From: Octopus bimaculoides
Taxonomy: Eukaryota
NCBI RefSeq assembly: GCF_001194135.2
Contig: NC_068994.1
Span: forward strand, 56,959,849 to 57,020,229
Length of the DNA: 60,381 bases
Direction of reading: 5' to 3'
Part shown: positions 1 through 13,680 of the stretch, in pieces
How positions within the stretch are numbered: the stretch's first letter is position 1
Layout of the letters: every line of letters starts with the position of its first letter
Notes under the pieces: generated by a model
Database searches by the model: none
What the model was told of the DNA's origin: nothing
The model's input: only the letters and a program-made list of their open reading frames with translations
Made by a program: the position numbers and the translations under genes

Positions 1-25
1 TATATATATATATATATATATATAT
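1..25. repeat. (TA)n microsatellite
   Basis: Direct reading. Confidence 0.95.
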
Positions 26-175
26 GTTGCACGAAGTCAGGCGGCAGGAGAGTTGAGTATAGATTTATTTGGACGTGTTATTTCTAGAAGATTACGGCCG
101 TTTCGTAACCTTCTTCATGTGGTGTTTATTTTAGTATTCAATAAATTCTTCCTTTGTACATGTTTGCAGTAACAT
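26..175 (-). mobile_element. Possible Penelope-like element (PLE) terminal-repeat remnant with a degenerate hammerhead-like motif, ending in (TA)n
   Basis: Minus strand reads ..acATGAAGAaggttacGAAAcggccgTAatc...aataaatc...gtgcaaca then (TA)n. ACGGCCGT is an 8-bp palindrome (94-101) directly after GAAA. The core differs from CTGANGA (C to A) and stem II is poor. Family assignment is inference. Confidence 0.25.
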
Positions 176-2006
176 GTATGCTCAGCATAGATAACAGAAG
201 GACCTGAATTTTGTCATCCCACTTTCAATTCGAGGACAGGCTTGCTTCCTAGTTACGATATTTAAGCTGGTGTCTCACCGTATGTGTTTTTAATATTTCC
301 TACAGAAACTTGCAATCATTACAAAGACAAGACTTTCATAATTTCTAACTTTTTCATTTTCATTACTAATATAAGTTCTTTGTACTGCACCAAGAAGTTT
401 TTATTCCTAGATATCTTTGCACGCGTGTTTGGCTGTCTGTGAATGTGTGCAGATATTTATGTATATTCTGTATATAAGTTTCGAGCCTACGCTCTTCAAT
501 ATATATATATGTATATGTATATTAACCAATGAAATATAAACACAATGTAAAAACTAATATTCAAAAAGAAAAGTACAAAGAAACATTGGACCAAACTGAT
601 ATCATGGAACCGAAATAAATATGGTAAACCTGAATGCATAGCTCGATCTGCAGTCTGAAATGACAATGAATTCTATAACCCACAAAAAGCCAGACAGAAA
701 TATATTTACATTTACTGCTTAGCGAAAAATTATATCTATTTTTACATTAAATGAACAGGCTACGAAACTATCTTGTTACCACGAATGGCTTTACATCGAT
801 GCAAAGGTTGAACGAGTTTTATGGGAAAGAATATATTCATCATCGATGCTTATTGGGTTGTTTACACAGCTGGTCTTCTTACCATATTTGTCTAAAATAG
901 TTCTTTATTTCTTCAGTTTGTATTACCCATCGCCATGAACACCATGCTGCAGCCTTTCAATTAAAATGACTGTTCTGTGATGACTGTTCTAAGAATGTCT
1001 TTTTGTGCACATGTCTCATGTTTTGGACTTTTAGTTCTTTTTTTTTCTGTATATTTAGAATCTTTAATTGGTTAACCGCCAAACCGAAAATATTCGTCGC
1101 TGCTTTGTTATACTTATAGTCATTTACAGATGACTGATTCACAAAACTACAAAGAAATCTTATTAATTAACATTTAAAAGTCTTTGGTAACTTCCGAACC
1201 ATTTTGGGGAACAGTTATATTTTTGTGCTTCTTTAAATATTAATCGTTTGCTTTAAGTTCCTGATGTTAGAATATCAGAAATAGATGGCTGGGACTTAAC
1301 AACACTCATGTTCTTTTCATTTGTTCTTTCCTTCATGTGGGAATTTGAAAGAATCTTCAGGAAGTAAATGAAACCATGTCGTTTCTGGCGAGAGGAACTT
1401 TTATCCCTCACTTAACCACGATCTCAACTTCTCTATCTAGAATAGGGGCCCAATATTGTAGATGTTTGTGGTTCAGGAGACCACAGATTTCAGTACAATG
1501 TAAACCGCAATGATCTACGAAACGTGGATGTAGAGCTATTCAAAAGACACGAAAGCAAATTTTTGTGTTTTACCAAATGTATCCTCATCATGGCAAGAAG
1601 CACAAACGAAGGCATCCATTTTACACAATTATAAATAAAAGAGAAATTGCAAATAAGTTAAACGAGTCAGTGGCATGAATCCAGATATGTTAAATGAACG
1701 CTGAATTTATTAAATCATTCATTACAATTTCCTCTCAGTTTGGAGACAGGAAAGAAAATCCTTAAGCTCTCATTAGTGATTCTTTATTGAAATTTCAACT
1801 TCCGGAAGTAAAAACACTTTCTCCATGCTTAGCTCATGGGAGTTTGCATAATCTAGAGGATGAAAGAAATGGCAGGGAGTTAGTAGTTGGTGTTAAAGGG
1901 TAGGGAATATGTAGGTGAAAGGGGAAAAGAGGAGTATTCGGTGAAAGGCGTATTGAAACGAGAAAAAGAAAAAAGAGCAATATAGGTGAAAATGGAGGAG
2001 ATTTTG

Positions 2007-2085
2007 AGTGTGTGTGTGTGTGTGTGTGTGTGAGAAAGAGAGAGAGAGAGAGAAAGAGAAACACAGTTTGAAAGAGAAATAGAGT

Positions 2086-2128
<43 letters not shown>

Positions 2129-2555
2129 GGGAGAAGGATCGAGACTAAGACGCTAAGATACAAGAAGGAATAAAGGAGGAAATGTTTTTAATTTGGAGGA
2201 AATAATCAGTGTAAGCCTTGTCCCTTTTGACCTTGCATACACACATACACACACACACACACACAAGCACACGCATATGCGCATATGTGCATGTATATAC
2301 ATTCTTAGACACGCATCTACATAGATACATGCTTACACACATACACAGAAACAAGCAAACAAATATGCGTACAAACATATAAACATACAAATATACATGC
2401 ATACATATACACAGAAATACACACACACGTACGTACATACATATATGGATATTTGCATGCATGAATATATATATATATGTATATATTATATATGTGTGTG
2501 TGTGTGTGAGTATGTGTGTGCATACATACATACTTACATACATACACAAGTACAT
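2007..2555. repeat. Compound microsatellites (GT)n(GA)n, then (CA)n/(TA)n/(TG)n/(TACA)n
   Basis: Direct reading; bounds approximate. Confidence 0.9.
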
Positions 2556-2944
2556 TGATTCATATAGATCCGATGCCCAGAGAATTATTTCGGCTTATAA
2601 GACGTGACGTAAAGTTATATTGAATCAAATACTTACAGAGTCTGCCGTTTAGAATGGACGCCATGGAATTTCAACTGTCAGGCCGCTATACTGAACATAA
2701 TTGGCTACGTTTCCCCAAATGTACTATTTCCTTAAATGCACGATTAAGCATCTGTCTGTAGAATCTTGAAATCGGCTATACAGAACGGGCGATCGTTTTG
2801 AGAACTCGTTGACGGTAAATTCGTTACATTCTTCCTGGTTATGCGATGAAACTTAAGCCTAAAGCTTAAATTAACAACCGACTTGAATATTGAGTATATA
2901 TTCCTCATCTCACTCCATCTGTTCAGTTACCTCACATGAGAATA

Positions 2945-3019
2945 GTATGTGTGCATGTATCTATGTATGTATGTGTGTGCATGTATTTATGTATGTATGT
3001 ATGTATGTATGTATGTATG

Positions 3020-3061
<42 letters not shown>

Positions 3062-3106
3062 AGCATACATATAAATATTTCTACATACGACATACATATA
3101 TTTCGT

Positions 3107-3148
<42 letters not shown>

Positions 3149-3250
3149 TGTTGTATATCGACACACACACGCACACACACATTTATATGTATGTATGTAT
3201 GTACGTATGTATTATATGCGGCTAAATCATTAAAATATACGTATACATAA
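2945..3250. repeat. Compound microsatellite (TATG)n(TG)n...(TA)n...(CA)n
   Basis: Direct reading; bounds approximate. Confidence 0.9.
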
Positions 3251-5454
3251 ACTCGTATACATATAAAATACGATTTCCTTTTATGTGACGTAGCTTGGGT
3301 TCTATATTCTAAACCATCCGTTGACGTGATGATTGGATCTATACCGTAATAAGGTATGGGAGTTGGCCCCCAAATGAGACACATACATACAACTGTATAT
3401 ACGTTTATAAATATATTTGTACATATACATGATTGTATAATATATATATTCAAATAAAGCTTATAAACCTCATAAATGGATCATAAATCCAACAAAGATA
3501 CTGGTTAGTTTTCAATCCATAGAAAGTTCAACTACAACGTAACTACATAAACCGTGAATTAACGGCTTGCAGCCGTTATCGCAACATGTATTTCTAATCG
3601 GTATATCTTTGCTACCTCTGAAGAGATTCATCTTATAATGATTTTAATTTTATAAATTAATTATCAAAAAATTACTGAATCGAAACGGCTGTCAGATATG
3701 TTGTCATATTCTATAATTAATAAATAATACTTTATTAATTACGTCTCCATTTTCTCCTTATTCTTTATATATATATATATATAAATATAGGAAAATTGAA
3801 TAAGGGGACGAACGCTCAGGATGGTTCTAAATCATTTATATCTTGAAGCTTTCCACATATGCTTCGACGGACGCACTCCAAAAACCGTAATTAAATATCG
3901 CAGGAACTTTTACATTGATTGTCGCATATCGAATGAGTGTCAGGACAAACAACCAGTAAAATTCCATCACTCGTCAAGATATGTTTCAAAACTATTAGGC
4001 TAACATGCCTTTCTTTACCTCAGCGATTCTCAAATAACAAGCGTATATGGAAGGTTAAATAATGTCCCCTAATACTCGAGTACTGACGCCCATTTACTAT
4101 TTCGGGGGAAAAAACATCATCCACGCTTGCAATATGTAATATTTGGACACATCATTAGTGTTGTATCACGGCTTCATTGTCTGTTTCGACTCTTACAGCA
4201 TATATCTTCATCTAGGCGTCTCAACCAAGATTAATGAAACTTAGATCTGAATTTAACCGATATTTTACTGACCTTACTGGTCACCTCCTTTCAGCTGGAA
4301 TCACATCGATGCTTTCTCAGTAACCTCTACGTTGTTCTTGATGCTGTAATTATCATAGAAAGAAGTTTCCGGTGGTTTTTCAGCTATTTCCATGGCGTTT
4401 ATGTGATTTGTCTTAACCACTCTGCGTGGATTACTTCACGCCAATCGTCATCTTGATTAAGGTCAACATGACGACATCGAATTCTAGTTAGATCTATTTA
4501 TAATATATGGTTGTTTGCTCCTCTTTGGTAATCATTAAGATTTACATTTAACTTGACAATTATTCAAAGCATTCAACATTGAATATTCGTAAAGCTCCAA
4601 TTCGTTCCCATCCTCACCATCATTAAATTCATATTTCGTGTACCCGTATATTGACTGAGTCTATGAAATATAATTAATTTATTGTATTGTGCAAATGACA
4701 TAAACCAACAGAAATCTTGAACCAATTAAGTCACAATGAAATTCGACCAGTAATTTAGAACATTGCAAATATCGATTTAATTACAACCAACTCAGGTGAT
4801 AATGTCACGAAATCTTTCAGCAGATAAGTGGCGCCTCGGATTGACCAGTGAAAGCTTCATTGATTAAAAGTCATTAAAACTATAATACACAGTAAAGTTA
4901 ACATGAAGTAAAACTTAATTCGAACATTACGACTTACGAATAAAGAATTGATATAATTTAAATGTATATTGTTTATCAGTAGCCAAAAGATGGTAGTCTA
5001 GACAGGAAAAAAGGTCAATGTAAAAAGCTGGTTATATATTTTTACATAGAAATGAGTATACATGTATATATCGTAGCAGAGAATAAAATACTGTACGTTA
5101 CATCTATGTCTATCAAAATTGAACGGAGCAATAATGAGGAAAGCGAGGAAAGAGAGTGAGAAGGGAGAAGGAGGGAGACAGGAAGAGAGAGAATGAGGAA
5201 ACAGAAAGAGAGAGAGGCAATGTGAGAAAGGGAGATAGAGACAGAGACACAAAACACAGAGAGAGAGACAGAGGGAAATTGAAATTCTATTTAGAGTAAA
5301 ATTTGGATATCATTTTGCGACATTGCAGCTCTATAGTTTCTTTTAATGAAGTGTAACTAATATGTTATAAATATCTCATTGGTGTACAGAATTTGGCCTC
5401 AGAGCATCGAAATATCGGAGACATCTTTTCAGAATTCCTAACAATCTATCAGAT

Positions 5455-5456
5455 TT

Positions 5457-5507
<51 letters not shown>

Positions 5508-5775
5508 CACACACACATATATATATATATGTATATATATATACACATACACACACACACATATATATATATGTATATATATATACATACACATATATAT
5601 ACACACATATATATACACACACACATATATATATATATATACATATAAATATATGTACACACACAAACACGCATATATATGTATGCATATATGCAACATA
5701 CGTATATATATATTTATGTGGTGTGTGTGCGTATGTGTGTATGTGTCTGTGTTTGTGTGTGTATGTATACACTCA
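5455..5775. repeat. Compound (TA)n/(CA)n/(TG)n microsatellite
   Basis: Direct reading; bounds approximate. Confidence 0.9.
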
Positions 5776-6226
5776 CATAATTCATTTTCGTAACCCTCAG
5801 TCATTTTACTAATGTCTGTTCATTTCATGAATTCAGTTTACAACTAACATCGTGTACCAATATATTGACATCTTGTTTCAGTGAACATGTCTTTATACTT
5901 CAGTATTATAACAACTGTATAACATAACTTTACAATTACTACTTGCCGTTATTTTAGCAATTTAAGTAGTATGGCAACATGTAGATGAAACAGTTCACCG
6001 AATAGCCCTACCCCCCCCCCACACCTCGCATCGTATACTGCATAAAAGCAACCCTGGAGAGGTTTTATAATGCTATATTTTTATTCATATATTTAGATTA
6101 TATTTCTATTATTCATTATATGAATTATATGGACGCATCATTGTACTTTTAAATGATACTATATTGTTGAACCATATAAGAACTTGTTTAAATTTGTACT
6201 TTTGGCAGGAAAAGAGAAGGAAGATT

Positions 6227-6399
6227 NNNNNNNNNNNNNNNNNNNNNNNNNNNNNNNNNNNNNNNNNNNNNNNNNNNNNNNNNNNNNNNNNNNNNNNNNN
6301 NNNNNNNNNNNNNNNNNNNNNNNNNNNNNNNNNNNNNNNNNNNNNNNNNNNNNNNNNNNNNNNNNNNNNNNNNNNNNNNNNNNNNNNNNNNNNNNNNNN
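6227..6399. other. Assembly gap (N-run), first of 18 in the window
   Basis: N-runs at 6227-6399, 11203-11615, 12971-13547, 14829-14949, 20545-21362, 23179-23363, 30264-30677, 35303-35434, 37428-37676, 38181-38453, 44117-45019, 45722-46278, 47899-48054, 49689-50563, 52149-52916, 54550-54603, 55747-56169 and 57294-57479. Nearly all abut a microsatellite. Confidence 0.98.
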
Positions 6400-6460
6400 C
6401 AGACAGACAAGAATAATTTAAATATCTTGAGTGCAACTTAAATTATGGATAAGGAAAATA

Positions 6461-6556
6461 CAAAAGACAAATTGAACCTCGCCGGGATTTGCACTCGGAG
6501 CGCAAAGAGTCGAAACGCAAAGAATATTAACTGGGATACTAAAGATTTTGCCAAAT
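6461..6556 (-). mobile_element. SINE family A, degenerate head fragment
   Basis: caaaagacaaattgaacctcgccgggatttgcactcggagcgcaaag...tactaaagattttgcca aligns by eye to the family A copies at 15061-15253 and 22241-22432. Confidence 0.55.
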
Positions 6557-6609
6557 GATAGATTTTATAGGTACAAGTCCATCCAATCTTTCCTACGTCT
6601 GTCTGTCCA

Positions 6610-6655
6610 TTCATCCATCCATCCATCCATCCATCCATCCATCCATCCATTCATC
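6610..6655. repeat. (ATCC)n tetranucleotide microsatellite
   Basis: Direct reading. Confidence 0.95.
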
Positions 6656-7375
6656 CATATATTCATAGATACTCCTGCGCACGTGTGTGTGTTGTGTGTG
6701 TATGTGTTCATTAAATAATATTCATAGACGAATATCATTTCATGGATAGAGTAAATATACATGAGCTACGTCAAGTCTCGTGGTCGGAATGGTAATGTGA
6801 ACCGTGCACGATCCAGTAAACTTTCAGGATCAAAGTCTTTTGAGCGTGAAACTTGAAGTAGATCATTTATTAAATTATAACTTTGTACGTGGGTATGTGA
6901 GTTTCTGTGAATTTTTATTTTCATTGAAGCACACATATATTGCAGTTATGTATTTCTGTAGTCCGTTTTTCATATTACAGTTGAAGTTCTTTACATCTTA
7001 TTTTTGACTATAACACATTTCCTAAAACTTCACAGTCTCTTCTTCTGGCGTCGGTGTCTGTTACTCCTATGTTAACGTAGATAGCTGCAATAGGACTTGT
7101 GGTTTTCATTCTCAATAGATTTGTCTAATAACAAAGCCTCATTTTCATTCTTCTTGCTTATAAAATGGTCGAAACACATGCCAACATCAAATCTTTCATC
7201 CAGACGATAAGACCGACAATGTCTAGAAACTTTGATATACTTAGAAACTTTACTGTTCCACACAAACTGTAAAGAACTCGTAAAGATTAAAAGAAAAAAA
7301 AACAAAGAAACACAAATGAGAAAACTAGATTGTGCTGATGTTTTCAATACAAGTTTAAAAGAAACGGTATTCATC

Positions 7376-7379
7376 ATAC

Positions 7380-7425
<46 letters not shown>

Positions 7426-7507
7426 CTTAAGAGATAGATAGGTACATACATATACATTGACAGATATAGATATAGATATACACATCTATGCACATATATA
7501 CTTATAT

Positions 7508-7581
<74 letters not shown>

Positions 7582-7720
7582 ATACATGCACAAATACATA
7601 AATACATATATACATATATATATGTTTTGCATATATGTATTTACATGTAGATACATGCATATAAATATATACATATATGCGAATATGTGAGTGTTTGCGT
7701 GAATATGTATGTGTGCATGC
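7376..7720. repeat. Compound (TACA)n/(TA)n microsatellite
   Basis: Direct reading; bounds approximate. Confidence 0.9.
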
Positions 7721-7903
7721 GTGCAGACATATAAGAGCGTATTTCTGTGATGTAAACGACAAAGAGAAAAGAAAAACGACTGACAAATGTAAGACCAAAA
7801 CAAAAGAACGAAACACTTCTTACTTGAACGAAAACATAACACAAGTCAGCTTTAATGTTCACACATAATATAATAACAAGTACCAAAACGATCTGACAGA
7901 ATT

Positions 7904-7988
7904 ATTCAGAGAAGCTCACGAACTACGCGTTCTGATCACAATAACGTAACATTGTGAAGAATATGACTTTTGGTTGTAAGCTATTTGC
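7904..7988 (+). repeat. 85-bp direct repeat, copy 1 (copy 2 at 8720-8804)
   Basis: attcagagaagctcacgaactacgcgttctgatcacaataacgtaacattg... versus copy 2: 8 mismatches and no indels by manual alignment. Confidence 0.9.
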
Positions 7989-8276
7989 AGTGTTTGCGTG
8001 AGTTGAATAATTGCGACTGGCTTATCTCCAGCAGGAGTGCAAACTAGCAGTGACTTAACTTATAAATTGCTGCATGTTGCATATGCAAGACTTTAAATAA
8101 TTTCTTGAAAAATCTACTTTTAGCACTATGGAATAATGTTTCTGAGACAAGCGGACAGCAAACTGGAAACGATTTTTGCAACGAAATAAACAGACGACGC
8201 TTGTTAAGACGGTAACAAGTTTGGTGTCTGTGGTGTTTCCTTCGTAAAAGCATTCCTGAATATGAATATATAGAAG

Positions 8277-8330
<54 letters not shown>

Positions 8331-8333
<3 letters not shown>

Positions 8334-8656
8334 CTGTCATAACTATGGGATTGCACCTAGAAAGTTACCCTCCAAGGCACAAGTCCGGGCAAGGTTGTTT
8401 ATGGAAGACCAGCAGTCGCCCATGCATACCAGCCTCCCCTCTCTGTACCACCAGTGTTATCCAAGCGAAAGGCAAAGGGGCCGATACAGCTTGGCACCAG
8501 TGACGTCGCAACTCATTTTTACAGCTGAGTGAACTGGAGCAACGTGAAATAAAGTGTCTTGCTCAAGAACCCAACACGTAGTCTGGTCCGGGATTCGAAC
8601 TCACTACCTCATGATTGTGAGCCCGACGCTCTAACCACTGAGTCATGCATCTTCAC
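8331..8656 (-). mobile_element. tRNA-derived SINE family C, near full length, with a CORE-like segment
   Basis: Minus strand: A box TGACTCAGTGG (8635-8645), B box GTTCGAATCC (8591-8600), then ttcttgagcaagacactttatttcacgttgctccagttcactcagctg, shared with copies at 21836, 41650 and 54064. The 3' end abuts (TA)n(GA)n. Confidence 0.85.
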
Positions 8657-8719
8657 ATGTATATGTATATATATATATGAATATATAGTATGTATGTATA
8701 TGTATATACATACATATGT

Positions 8720-8804
8720 ATTCAGAGAAACTAACGAACTACGCGCTCTGATCACAATAACGTAACATTGTTAGGAGTATGATTTTTGGTTGTAAGATAT
8801 TTGC
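8720..8804 (+). repeat. 85-bp direct repeat, copy 2
   Basis: See 7904-7988. Confidence 0.9.
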
Positions 8805-9140
8805 CAAGAAACTTCACAGGAACAGATACATTGACAAGTTCAATGAACAGAGGAATCCGTTGTCTATAATGATTTTAGACGATATTTTGGACGAATTTGA
8901 GAGTCGTGAAGAATTAGTAGCTCGTGCTACAGAATAAATGTAGTCTTAAATTTTTGGAGACGTGTTTAGAAGTAATATATGGGTTCTCAAGCCAAAAAGA
9001 CCGTAAAATTATGTCTGTGATCCAATTATAAAACGAAAACATGCTCTCAGTCGAATGTGATTATTTCACGTGGATAGCCATAGTATCATCTTAATTAAAA
9101 AGTATTATTCTTAGTAAATTATATATATTTTAATTTACTG

Positions 9141-9299
9141 TATAAGACGCGCTTTTTATTCTTTGCAATGCGTCTCATGGGAGACCGTGTATGAGTATAT
9201 TAAATTTCTTTTTTCTACAAATTAAAATCTTCTTTGCACAACATTCTTGTTTTCCAGCAAGAAAGTAGAAGTTTGTCTTGTGCAAGAGTGCATCTTATA
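9141..9299. mobile_element. Possible small MITE remnant (TATAAGACGC-type inverted repeats)
   Basis: tataagacgcgct (9141-9153) versus the reverse complement of agtgcatcttata (9287-9299), 11/13 identical. The motif resembles subterminal repeats of Tc1/mariner-pogo MITEs (recollection). No clear TSD. Confidence 0.35.
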
Positions 9300-9634
9300 T
9301 GCCGATGATAAGTAGGGTGACAAAAATCTCACCCTCTTCATACTAAATTGATACTAAAAATAGTTGGTCACACCAGTCTACAGGTGGTTAGTTGGATGCA
9401 TTGCTGAAAATAAGAAAAAGAAGTGCAAAGGAGAAAGCGATTCCGATGTTTGAGATTTATATTATCAAAATATATTTCCTTACACGGAAAACTCTATCTT
9501 TTAAAAAAATAGCAGAGTGATAGTAAACGTGAGGTTGAAGTATAATGAACCATTATATATGTCTCTGTATATCTAGGTATGATGTTTATATGTATGTACG
9601 TATATACATATATTTCTCACTTTCTCACTCTTTC

Positions 9635-9648
9635 TCACTCTCTCTCTT

Positions 9649-9720
<72 letters not shown>

Positions 9721-10070
9721 TTTACATATATATATATACGTATATATATAAATATATATACATATATAAACTTGTATATATATGTATATATACATATATA
9801 TACGTATATATATACATATATATATATACATATATATGTATATGTGTATATATGTATATATGTATGTGCGTGTGTATATGTGGTGTATACACAGGCATAC
9901 ACGGACACATATGTATGAAGAGAACCAGAAGGTTGAACCAGAAAACGCTTTTTATGTAATCGAAATAGTTTCAAAAATATATTGCATCACACGTAGCTTT
10001 ATGAGCTGCGACTAAAGTTACTTTACTATAATTAGATGGCATACGCAGCCACACACACTCACACACACAT

Positions 10071-10130
<60 letters not shown>

Positions 10131-10200
10131 GTAGGTATATGTATACATTTACATATATATATATATATGCATACATATATATGCTTATGCCTATATATAT
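9635..10200. repeat. Compound (TA)n/(TACA)n/(CA)n microsatellites
   Basis: Direct reading. Two blocks with unique sequence between; bounds approximate. Confidence 0.85.
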
Positions 10201-10529
10201 CTGTATGTAATGTATAGTAAGTAAACCATTTCCAAAATCTTTGGTTTTAGCTTTTTATTACGAGAGTTTTTCGAATCTAAACCGATTTCCTAGTTTATAG
10301 CTAATTTCAGAAGATAGTGCAAATCGCCTCGTCATCTGGTTTCCTCTCTAAATGGCACAAACCAACTTGGAGCGATGAGTGTCACGAAATATATTTAAGA
10401 CATCAGCGACATCACACAAAATCCATTTATCAATTATTTTTCTATCGGAACCATGTCTGGAGGAAATGATTTGATAGAAGCTTTCGTTTATATTATTCCA
10501 TCGATTCATTTCGTTTGCTATGCACACAT

Positions 10530-10900
<371 letters not shown>

Positions 10901-11009
10901 CATATAGTTGATATGTTACACATTTGTGTGTCAAACTTCTTGAAGTCAGACACTTATTTAAACGATACAGAGGATAAACTCGAGGTTGCTGTACAGCGTC
11001 AGCAAAGCC

Positions 11010-11146
11010 ATGATGATAAGGATGATAATAACAATGATAATAACAATAATAATAACAATAATAATAATGATAATAATAATAATGATGATAATAATAATAA
11101 TAATGATAATAATAATAATCGTGGCGATGACGATGATGATAAGGAC

Positions 11147-11197
<51 letters not shown>

Positions 11198-11615
11198 GGT
11201 GGNNNNNNNNNNNNNNNNNNNNNNNNNNNNNNNNNNNNNNNNNNNNNNNNNNNNNNNNNNNNNNNNNNNNNNNNNNNNNNNNNNNNNNNNNNNNNNNNNN
11301 NNNNNNNNNNNNNNNNNNNNNNNNNNNNNNNNNNNNNNNNNNNNNNNNNNNNNNNNNNNNNNNNNNNNNNNNNNNNNNNNNNNNNNNNNNNNNNNNNNNN
11401 NNNNNNNNNNNNNNNNNNNNNNNNNNNNNNNNNNNNNNNNNNNNNNNNNNNNNNNNNNNNNNNNNNNNNNNNNNNNNNNNNNNNNNNNNNNNNNNNNNNN
11501 NNNNNNNNNNNNNNNNNNNNNNNNNNNNNNNNNNNNNNNNNNNNNNNNNNNNNNNNNNNNNNNNNNNNNNNNNNNNNNNNNNNNNNNNNNNNNNNNNNNN
11601 NNNNNNNNNNNNNNN

Positions 11616-11672
<57 letters not shown>

Positions 11673-11720
11673 GACAGAGACAGAGAGAGACAGAGAGAGA
11701 CAGAGAGAGACAGAGAGAAC
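11010..11720. repeat. (AAT)n to (GAT)n to (GGT)n triplet gradient, gap, then (GA)n/(GAGACA)n
   Basis: Direct reading. Confidence 0.9.
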
Positions 11721-12357
11721 GGAGAATAAACACGGCTTTTGAAAATTTTGACTAATTTAACTGGTGAAGATTGGAATTGGTTTGAAAGAAGAAAGTAAAA
11801 TTTGATTTAAACATCTAGGACTAACTTGCTTCACCTAATAAATCTTTAGTACAAAATAGATAAATAAATAAAAAATATTTAAAATGCAGCCACAAAAACA
11901 ACTTTACTAATGGATTAGGGTTTTAACTTTTCATTATCATTTTCTGACATTTTTATAGATTTTTGTCAGTTCGTATTTACGCATAAAATATGGTACTCGC
12001 ATTAATATTAATTAGAGATTAACATGAAACGTAAGTTGGCGTCGTTGTTGTGGTTGATGTTGATGTTTAGACAAAGGTCATCTGTGATAGATCACACATA
12101 GAAGCAAAGTCATGCTTGCCTACGTCTGTTTAATATGCTAGTACATTATTTAAGACTATATAACATAAGTGTCTGGCCATTAATTTTCTTAAGATTGTAA
12201 GACACGGTGCGGGTAAGATTCGGCCACTGTTTCTAAAACATCTGATTTCCCAACTCATAAAATCTCCACCCTTACTGGTTGATAAACATACAATTCATTG
12301 AAAATCGTATATACACGATAGCCACAAATTTCACTTTAATTTTACATTAAGTAGATG

Positions 12358-12411
<54 letters not shown>

Positions 12412-12885
12412 GTGTGTGTATGTGTATGTGTGCGTGTGTGTATGCGCGTGATGGTCTGGAGTGATTGTCACGCTAGTGATTTTTGTCGACGGCCTTCCAG
12501 TGAAACGTTGTTACGTAAAAGACACCCAGGTCTCTGACGATTTGATGAGGCCACCGAGTCCTGATTTTGCAATTATGCAGTTTGTATTTTTTAATTACAA
12601 TCATCGTATGTTAATGAAATGTGCGTAAGATGAAGTCACTAAATGAATTCCATTCTTTCCTTTTGATTTGTTCTATATATATATTAGTGCGTGTGCGTGT
12701 CTGTGTCTGTGTGTATCTGTGTGTGTGTGACTCTGTGTGTACATGTGTGTGTGAGTTTGTATGTGTGTGTTGTGTGCGTTTGTATGTGTGTGTTGTATGT
12801 GTGTTGTGTGTGTATGTGTGTTTGTATGTTCTGTGTGTATGTGTGGTATGTATTTGTCTGTCTATTTGTCTACTGCTACTCTCTA

Positions 12886-12970
<85 letters not shown>
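12358..12970. repeat. (TG)n, degenerate TG-rich, (CT)n and (TA)n microsatellites
   Basis: Direct reading; bounds approximate. Confidence 0.85.
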
Positions 12971-13596
12971 NNNNNNNNNNNNNNNNNNNNNNNNNNNNNN
13001 NNNNNNNNNNNNNNNNNNNNNNNNNNNNNNNNNNNNNNNNNNNNNNNNNNNNNNNNNNNNNNNNNNNNNNNNNNNNNNNNNNNNNNNNNNNNNNNNNNNN
13101 NNNNNNNNNNNNNNNNNNNNNNNNNNNNNNNNNNNNNNNNNNNNNNNNNNNNNNNNNNNNNNNNNNNNNNNNNNNNNNNNNNNNNNNNNNNNNNNNNNNN
13201 NNNNNNNNNNNNNNNNNNNNNNNNNNNNNNNNNNNNNNNNNNNNNNNNNNNNNNNNNNNNNNNNNNNNNNNNNNNNNNNNNNNNNNNNNNNNNNNNNNNN
13301 NNNNNNNNNNNNNNNNNNNNNNNNNNNNNNNNNNNNNNNNNNNNNNNNNNNNNNNNNNNNNNNNNNNNNNNNNNNNNNNNNNNNNNNNNNNNNNNNNNNN
13401 NNNNNNNNNNNNNNNNNNNNNNNNNNNNNNNNNNNNNNNNNNNNNNNNNNNNNNNNNNNNNNNNNNNNNNNNNNNNNNNNNNNNNNNNNNNNNNNNNNNN
13501 NNNNNNNNNNNNNNNNNNNNNNNNNNNNNNNNNNNNNNNNNNNNNNNGGATCAAATATGCTTCTGAAATGATAATTTCTTTCTTTCTTTAACAATT

Positions 13597-13680
13597 TGTA
13601 TGTATGTATGTATGTATGTATGTATGTATGCATGTATGCATGTATGTATATATATGTATGTATGTATGTATGTATATATG
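13597..13680. repeat. (TATG)n microsatellite
   Basis: Direct reading. Confidence 0.9.

Noticed and set aside
4140-4490. Possible RTE-like peptide fragments on the minus strand (WREVIHA, SWLRRLDED)
   Set aside because: The motifs are in the wrong order for an RTE C-terminus and are separated by many stops.
8560-8656. tRNA genes at SINE heads (also 21836, 54064 and 16600-16690)
   Set aside because: A and B boxes are present, but I see no complete cloverleaf or acceptor stem and each continues into a shared SINE body.
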